Source: Mobula hypostoma
Taxonomy: Eukaryota
Direction of reading: 5' to 3'
DNA length: 64,000 nt
Assembly: GCF_963921235.1 (NCBI RefSeq)
Contig: NC_086098.1
Location: 237,336,001-237,400,000, forward strand
Shown: piece after piece, positions 13,036 to 21,700 of the stretch
Layout of the letters: each line of letters opens with the position of its first letter
How positions within the stretch are numbered: position 1 is the first letter of the stretch
Notes under the pieces: generated by a model
Told to the model about the DNA's origin: nothing
Seen by the model: the letters and a program-made list of their open reading frames with translations, nothing else
Databases searched by the model: none
Position numbers and translations under genes: made by a program

Positions 13036-14604
13036 CCCTTATCCTTCAAAGGATTTTTCCCGAGGTTAAAATTATGAGCAGGAATACATTATTAGATACA
13101 CACTAATATACAGGGTCATCAGCTATAAGGCTAATACAGAGAACTAAGTTTTCAGCACCTTGACAGACAGTCAGCAATCACATATTCCGTTCCTTTTATA
13201 AATGTTATTTCAATATCCTCTAAGACCAGGCTCCAACTTAGCAACCTTTTCTTTTTATCCTTCATAGTGGCCAAAAACACTAATGGGCTGTGATCAGTGT
13301 AAATTCTCAGTGGTTTCCTTCCCGGACGAATCTAACAAAGGTCGTCGCGCACAAACTTAGCATTCTTTGGCAAGAGCTTAATAAGAGGGAGGGTAATATC
13401 CGAAAATTTTTCGCAAAATTTCCGATAGTACCCCACCATCCCCAAGAAGTTTCTCAGGGCTCCCTTGTCTGTCGGGGTGGGGACTTCAGAGAAAGGCCGC
13501 AACCTTAGCCTGCATCGGAGTCAGCTGCCCCTGTCCTACCAAAATCCCATATAAGTGTCCTTCGCGTGGCTGAATTCACTTTTTGCGAGATTCACTGTCA
13601 GGCTGGCTTCAAACAGCTTTTTAAACAGTTCCTCTACTGCCACAATGTGCTCCTCCCACGTGTCACTCCAGACCACTAAATCGTCAATATACGCTTCTGC
13701 GTTCCTCAGCCCTTTTGTCACTGAATTAATCATCCTGTAGGGGTGTTGCTTACTAGGCTGACCTGATGTGGCAACACCACCATGTACCGGCTCTTTGCAT
13801 CGCCTCGGAACATCCGGACATACGTCTGCTCCCGGTTAATTAGCTTTCTCAGCGGCTCGCTCTGTTCGGGGGTTCAGGGAGAGACCTTATCAGCAAAGCT
13901 GGCCAAAAAAATAGAGTTCTCCCATCTGGTCGGCACCATACTTATCTTTTCAACATGGGTTTTCCCCTTATCAGGTGGTACCCTAGCCTCATTAATTTTC
14001 GTGATAACACCGACTAGGTCTGCTCGCCTACCGTGGCAAGCTGTTAGCATATCAATAGGCTGTGTCGGCTCACGTCTACAATAGTCAATAACATCCTTCC
14101 TCCTGTGCGGCCAGTAAAACTCCTTCATGATTCTATCGACTGTCTTCTTACCCCAAAATGTCCACCGATGGGTATCTTGTGGGCCAGGTTAAGAATCTCG
14201 CCCCTATAAATTTTCGGCACTACCACCTGGTGTACCACCCAACACTCTTCATCTGCGGGCACGGTACGTGGTATCCATTTCCCCATTCGTACTCTCTCCT
14301 TCACATAATAGCCCACTGGCTCCTTTTTTAATTCTGCTTCAGAGAGAGCTGTCTCCACCAAAACCATTAGCTCCTCGACTCGCTCCTGTGCCTGTATAAA
14401 TTCATTCCTTGCTAATGATAAGTCTACTTCAACTTCCGTTTCACTACACCCCTTCTCACTTTCTAACCCCTCCTGGTTCAAGGTTGGTAAAAACGTCTCA
14501 GCTAAATCTATACTCACTTCGGCAGCCTTTCTGGACATGCGCCGAGTCACTGCGCAAACGGGATAAGCCTGTGAGTCCATGGGTGGGGCCTCAATGTTGG
14601 CAGG

Positions 14605-16189
14605 CTAACTTGTCAATTTTACTGCTGAGTACACATTTCCGCCGGCGAGGTCATTACCGAGTAAGACCTCCACGTCTTCAATCGGTAGTTCGGGCCTCAC
14701 CCCAATCGTGACCGGTCCGGAGACCAAGTCGCTTTTTAGGTGTATCTGGTGCAAAAGTACTGCTTCAATCCCTTTCTCAATGCCTTTTATCACATTGACC
14801 TCCCCAGTCTCGGTCTCTGAACTAAAGCCTAAAACACTCCTTAAGATCAGTGGCTGACAAGCTCCAGTGTCTCTCGAGATCCGTACTGAAACCGGGTTTA
14901 ACCCCTCCTCCACCGACACCAATCCGGCCGAAATAAACTTCTCGCGCCCTTCCTGAACTTTATCAGACCTCTTCTCCCCTAGCGGTTTGTTTGCCAGCTC
15001 AATACAGCCAGTCGGAACCGTCGTTTTTCCTTTCCCCGTCTCCTTCTTTGGGGCAAAGCACCTGGACGCAAAGTGACCGGCTTTCCCACAATTATAGCAT
15101 ACGACCCCAGGAGACTTCCTACCAAACTGCTTCCTGTCTTCCTTATCCTTCTCACTAGTCCCAAGCTCACTCTCTGACTTTTCCGGCGGATTCTCTCCGC
15201 CCTCTCGACTACCCTTGTGGTAGCATTTACTCGGGGTGAACTTCGCTTTGTGTCTTAACGCGTACTCATCCGCTAACTTAGCAGTTGCGGCTAAGGTTTC
15301 TGCCTCTTTCTGATCTAGATAGGGACTCATACCTTCAGGGACACAACCTTCAAACTGCTCAATCAGTATTAGCCGTAGCAGTCTGTCATAATCCCCATTG
15401 ACCCCTTTCGAGGCGCACCAACGCTCACAATACATCTGCATCTCACGGGCAAACTCTAAATACGTGCGGCCCCACTGCTTCCTCGCATTCCAGAACTTCT
15501 ACCGGTATGCCTCCGGGACCAACTCATAAATCCTGAGTATCACCTCTTTCACCACATCATACCTTTGGGCATCTTCTACGGACAAAGCCGAGTAAGCTTG
15601 TTGAGCCTTCCCTTTGAAGCAGTACACTCTGAAGCAAAACAACCCACTTATCCCTCAGCCAGTCCTGAATTGCAGTGACTTTTTCAAAATGTAGCAAGTA
15701 CCGATCAACATCGGCATCCTCAAATGGGGGAACCAGCCTAACCTCCTGGGTCGCCCTGAAGCCTCCGCCTTGGTTCGGCATGGGCCCCTGCGCTAGCGTC
15801 ATCCTTAACTTCTCCAGCTCAAAGTCCCTATCCCTCTGTTTCTCTCTCTCCTGTCGTTCTAACCGCTTCTCTTCTTGTTCTAGCTGCCTGTCCCTCTCTT
15901 CTCGTTCCAGCTGTTTTACCTGGAACTCGTGCTCGAGTCTCAATTTTTCCATCTGCAGCTGTACTGCTTCTCCACCAGGTTGGCCCGTAGATACCACCTC
16001 CAGCTCCCCTTGGGGAAACACATCTTTTGATACATAATGCTCTATGATAGCTCTGTGCATCTCCGCTGTCCTCATTGTCGACTTCCCCTTAAGAAGATTC
16101 AACCGTTTGGCAACAGTTGCCAATTCTGATTTAATGGCATCGTCTAATGCCTGCAAGATTGGCGCCTTTAGAAATTCCTCAATCTCCAT
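14605..16189 (-). pseudogene. gag: Frameshifted gag (SCAN-like, CCHC knuckle) and protease of the LTR element
   Basis: ORFs 15557-16189 and 14605-15441; CX2CX4HX4C; RDTGA. Confidence 0.85.
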
Positions 16190-16288
16190 TTCTGCTGTTT
16201 GTCCTTTCTTTCTTTCGGGAATTTTAACCCAATCAATTTACCCAGTCCCAAATTTGGCGTTCAAAATCGCGGACGAGATTCCCACTTA

Positions 16289-16579
16289 TGTTACGTACCC
16301 CGTAACTGGGTTGCCAAACCAGCAGAAATGGACCACTTCGTTGGATTCTGGTTTAACAGAAACTAATAAAGTTTTATTAAAGAAATAAGTAACACAGTAC
16401 AGTAATCGTAAGGATATAGAAGCAACAGGTTAGCAATGATAAAACAAGCATATACACAGAACTAGGCTAATCGGAATCAACCAAGTTCTATCGCAGTATA
16501 GGGGTAAAATAATCAATCTCAAGTGACGCAGAGTTCAGTTCAGCTGAGTACAGTTCGCAGTAATCGCTGTTGTGCCATT

Positions 16580-16619
<40 letters not shown>

Positions 16620-17160
16620 GAGAGAGAGATGCAAATCTGATTCAGCAGACCTTTGATGTTCTTCACAGTTGGCTTTCGGGCGGACCCTTTTTTATGTCTT
16701 CTGTGGTCACCGACTGTGACCCCTCCGTTTCCGGATACGACCGTTCTTCCGCGGTGAACCCGGCACCCAGGAGCAAGGGCGGACACACACAGCAGGTTCC
16801 CGCCGATCGTACCTTTTCACCCTGTGCTTCTATGGTCGGTTCCCGCAACCAGACCTCCAAACTCCACCAACTTGTGGGGGCACACCGCTCTTCCAGGGTC
16901 TCGTTATCTCGTGATCTAGTGGTGTGTGTCGTGCTTAGCGAACCTGTTTACTTTATCCCCCTGCTGGGGTGTCGCCTGTCCATCAAACTTCAAACAGTTC
17001 AGTTTTCAAAGCAATCGGTCTGTCAATATCTGAAATGTATTTCTTTATCGTTAATCTCTCTCTCTCTTCTCTCTTATTAGCATTTTGAATGTTTCTTCAT
17101 TGTCTCCCTTATCTCTCTAAACAGCATCAATCTTCTGCTAACTTGGTTTTTTTCGTCAGA
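16289..17160 (-). repeat. 5' LTR with (GA)n tract
   Basis: Direct repeat of 12166-13035; PBS adjacent at 16270-16288. Confidence 0.9.
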
Positions 17161-18099
17161 GTGGGTTTCCTGTTTTCGTAGCCTGGACGCTGCTGCCCAG
17201 AGTTCAGCCTTTTAGACTTCATATTCTGTGACACACTGGAAGGCTCTGCAACAGACATGGTTGCAGTAGAAATTAACCTCATAAACTGTGCTCTATGTTG
17301 CGTCCGGTTTACCCGGGCTTCGTAATGGAAACGGCTCTCTAACCTTAATAAATAAATAGAAATTTAACACTTAACGAGTCCCGCATAATCCAGTAACCAT
17401 ATGACATAGGAGCAGAATTAGGGTATTCAGCCCACCGAGTCTGCTCCACCATTCCATCATGTCCGATTTATTTCTCACTCAAACCAGTTCCTGCCTTTTT
17501 CCTGAAACGCTTTCCTGATCAGGAACCTATTAAGCTTCTCTCTAAATATTACCAAAAGCTTGGGTTTACAGCCATCTGTGGCAATAAGTTGCACAAATTC
17601 ACTACATCCTGGCAAGAGAAATTCCTCCTTATCAGTGTTCTAAAGAGGCATCATACTTTACTGAGGCTGTGCACTCTGGTCCTAGCGTCTCCTACAATTG
17701 AAAATAACATTTCCACCTTCACTCTTTTAGTATTTGACAGGTTTGAATGAGATTCCACCCTGCCCTGCCTATTCTTCTAATCTCCTGCCAGTATAAGCCC
17801 AGAGGCATAAAACGTTCCTCATAACGTCAGCTCATCCTTTCTTAGATAAGGTGCCCAAAGCTACTCACAATAATCCAGGCACGGTCTAACCAATGTTTTA
17901 TAAAGCCTCAGTATTGTACAACGTTATGGAAGCCATCATTGATTTTAAACGCTTTTCGCTGTTTGAATATGGCGACTGCAAGAACAGGTCAGAAGTTGCG
18001 AATTCCAGAGCGAGTAACACTTTGTGACAGCACAATCCATTAGACCTTAGCGCGGGTTACGATTTCGATGGAATACTCTCTGTTGGCCTCTCATGGCGT

Positions 18100-18430
18100 A
18101 GCTCCGACCAGGCGAACTCTGTGTTATCCATTTCAAAGTACCCGTACCAAAATTCACTGATTTACGCACCCAACAGTTCTTCCCAGACCCCGACCAAGCA
18201 GTGCAAGTGTAGCAGCGACTGTAATACACCACTGCAGGTTCCCCTCCAAGTCGTGAATTACCCTGGCTTGTACATCTGTGTTTCGTCAATATCTCTGGTT
18301 CTGAACTCTTACTCCCAGTACAGCAAAGAGTACCTTTAGAAGAGGGGCTGCAGTAAGTAAATACCGTCGACTCATCGCCTGCTCCTGCGGGGATTTAGGC
18401 ATGAGGACGTCTGCCTCCCAGAAACCATGC
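18100..18430 (-). pseudogene. Possible highly degenerate VJ exon, head-to-head with gene 1
   Basis: Across frames and in the right order: SPQE, GDESTVFTYC, LYW, VIHDLEG, AVVYY(S), FGTGT. Confidence 0.35.
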
Positions 18431-18674
18431 TCAATCTATGCTCACTTTGGAAGTCTTTCTGAACAATCTCCATAGCCGTTTGACCCTGTGACGCACTGAC
18501 ACGGTAACCAAGTGTAACCCGCGCCAGACGCGGAATGGATGCAGAGGATCCGCCCCGGAAGCTCGTCACCGAGCAGGGACCACGGCAGCTGAGCGCTGCA
18601 CGGTGTCGCGGCTAAACTCACACCAACACCCGGCAGCCGAGGGCAGCGACAGCCAACCACCGGGCTGATTCCAA

Positions 18675-18729
18675 ATGCTGATGGAAGTTTTATTCCTGTT
18701 CGTTACCATTCAGGTGAACCGTGTTTACG
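18675..18729 (+). CDS. Gene 1 exon 1: signal peptide MLMEVLFLFVTIQVNRVY(A)
   Basis: ATG, hydrophobic core, phase-1 donor G|GTGAGT. Confidence 0.85.
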
Positions 18730-21700
18730 GTGAGTCAGTGTTGGGAACTCCCATCTCGTCCTAACAAGTTTGTTATCCAGTACATTAAACGTCCCGTGCT
18801 AGTGGGAAAATAAGCTTGTGAATCAAATAAATATGGATTACAAAGCTAGAATCTCATTAATGCTGATTCTAAAGCTATCTAAATATATTCAAAATAATTT
18901 TCTATGATCCTCCCTCATTTTCTTTTGGTGAAGGTTATCTGTCGCGGCCCACTGATCCTCTCTGACAGTAAGTAACCCCAAACGCCGAGCAGAATATTTG
19001 GCGAGCCCGACCTGAAAATGCCACCACACGTCCCAATTTAAGGTCACCTGCGGATAGATAGACAAACTAATTTTACCGGCTACACATCCTGTCAATTAAT
19101 AAGGGAAAAGTCTTGCGCATTTGATCAGGTTAACGTCGAACATCTTCTGGTTCTCTGTTAGATGTTATTTAGACGCCTTAACCAATAAATGCAACTGAAA
19201 ATATCGGCGAATTTTTAAAGTGTTTCTTAATTTTTAAAGTGCAGGCAATGTGATTAATTTCCGCTTAGTTCAGTTCCGGATAATTTTAGTTGGCTGATAA
19301 TAATTTGTGTTGCAGCATCCAAGCCGTTTTCTGTGATTCCGGGTGCAGTGACTGCAGACGTCGGCCGGACGGTTGAACTGTCCTGTGAACTTTCGGAGTT
19401 TGCGAGCAGTGTTTCCTGGTACAAACACCGTGCTGACGAACCCCCGGTAGCGATCAAAACCACGGACTGCCAACAGAACGGTTGTAGGTCTACTTACAAA
19501 AAAGGCTCCGGAGATCGCACATCGGTGCTGGAAATCCGTGATGTCCGTGTGGAGGATTCGGGTTCCTACTACTGTGCTGAGAAAAAAAGCTATCCACCGC
19601 TTGTGCAAGGACCTACACTCCTTGTTGGAGGTAAGAGAACTCGGCACTGGGATTATACTCACCCATGTATTTCGGTTAAAGCTCCGATTAACTGTGTTCC
19701 AATCTCCGTCCAGACAGCTCCACCATTCGGACCTACATGCAGGTATTTGTCCCACCATCTGAGGTGAAAGGGTCGGTCCCCCTGGTGTGTCTGGTTGGCG
19801 GCCTGTCTTCCAAAGAGATTATCATTTACTGGAACATATCCGGCCAAATCACGGAAGGATGGAGCGATCCCGGCAAGCTTGATTCTGACCAGAGCTACAG
19901 TGTTAGGAGTCAGGTGCTGGTCCCAGTGGAAACCTGGAGGAGCGGAGGAGTCTGTACCTGCATCGCACAACTCGGGGGTGCAGGAAAGACGAGGACTACG
20001 AGCGTCTCCCATCCCAAGATTGAACCAGATCAAGGTAAGGCGATGTTTTACACATACAATATTAATACTCATCTGTGGTGGAATGACGGAGCAGTCTCGA
20101 TTGACCGATCGGCCTCATTGTTCCCCAATATCTGCTGGAATAGACCGCCGGTTCACTAAAGTCACAGTAAGTATTAATATGTATGCATTCGGTTATGAGG
20201 ATCTGATTATCTCCAGCAACACCACCTTTGGCTGTCCAACCCTTGAGCCCTCCGGAAAACTTGGGATAAAACTCCTTTTTAGCTCTCTGACGTCCATGAT
20301 GTTCTCGCAGTGCGGTTGGGAGCAGCTTGCGGGAAGTAGACACGGCCACCATGAAAGAAAAGCGTTGTCTTTCTTTCAAGTTGGGATGGTGAACTTAAAA
20401 ATGATTGGTAGTGGCAAGGTGACTGAGGGGAAAGCGAGGAATTGATTTGAAGAGCCGTATGGTTTCATACGTTATTTCATTCAATGAGTCATTCTTTTGT
20501 TGGCATTTCCATGGGTTGCTAGTCGTCCATCATAGCTTAAGGATGAAGGGCCAAATTTATTTGCCATATACATTTACATATCTTAGTAATTTGCCGTGGT
20601 GTGTTGGCCAGGGCTTGACATGCAACACATATAAATAAAGTAGCATCCACTGATGATATCCTTAAGTGTTAGAACATCACTGGTGTGGATGGTAATTGTC
20701 TGTACAATTTGAATCTAGCATCAAACTTGAAGGCATCGATTTGAATTTTTGCTCTTGCTGTTTAGAATTAGTGTATACCTGTTTAGAATCATTCACATTA
20801 AAAAAAAATGAAACGCCGAATAAAATGCTCTTGGAAGCAATTATTTCACCAAGCAGCATTTTTTTCTCTCCAGACTGCTATCGTCCCGCGGCGATCCTCC
20901 TTGGGCTCCTTATATTGCTGGTTATCGTAATTTTTATTTGAACATTTTAAAGAATGTAAATCAGGTAAGGATTCGCTTTTTCCAGGCATGTCCATATATC
21001 TATTAATAGTTCCTACTGTTCCTTTTTCGAGGCTGTATATAATTGCAGCCAATGGGTTTAGAACAGAGGACACAGAGAATATTTCAGGCAGGGAGTGGGG
21101 AAAATTGGACGCAAGTCCCGGAAAATAGGAATCTGAAGGATGGGATGTCTGAAGTCCTTGAAAACGTGTTTCCCGCGATCAGGGTGTCCTAGTGTATTTT
21201 GTTTATATTATTATTGTTGCTGCATTATTCCTAGCTCAATTTAGTAAAACGTGACCCTTCGTCTCGGCCTGAAACGTCGACTGTACGTCTTCTTATAGAT
21301 GCTACCCGGCCTGCTGCGTTCACCGGCAATTTTTATGTGTGTTGATTGAAGTTCTAGCATCTGCTGATTTCCTCGTGTTTGGTGTTTATTATTGTCGCTT
21401 TCTGAGGATTTATATAAACATTGCTATGTAGCCTAATTGTTCACTCCTATTGTGTAGTGACTGTGGGATTACCTATTTGGGGATATTACTATTGGGAAAA
21501 TGTACAGTATACCCTGCTCATCTTCCCCAACCTTTCCTTTCCATCTTTTAATTCAGCATATATCTCGTGTTTTTTCTCTTCTTGATTTTTGTATGCTTTC
21601 TGTGTTTGCAATGTCTATATCTTTCAACTACGTTTTTATCACTTGTTTATCCTGTAATATTATATTCTGCAAGTTATAATGGATTGTTTTATCAATAATA

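Larger units (their letters stand above)
12166..17160 (-). mobile_element. Internally deleted Gmr1-like (Ty3/Gypsy) LTR retrotransposon with two LTRs
   Basis: LTRs 12166-13035 and 16289-17160; 4-bp TSD GTGG on both sides; PBS TGGGAATCTCGTCCG (tRNA-Pro-like); purine tract next to the 3' LTR. Fragments of gag (SCAN-like, CYNCGKAGHFASRC), protease DTG, integrase H2C2 before RT (YIDD). Confidence 0.92.
17970..18730. promoter_or_regulatory. CpG-rich region upstream of gene 1 (candidate promoter, possibly bidirectional)
   Basis: Visibly high CpG density relative to flanks; ETS-like CCGGAAG at 18555-18561 next to a GC-rich box; CAGCTG E-box. Confidence 0.5.

Noticed and set aside
19316-20034. Gene 1 as a rearranging TCR or IgL segment
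   Set aside because: The V and G strand are in one exon without RSS, the TM has no charged residue, and the tail has an ITIM.
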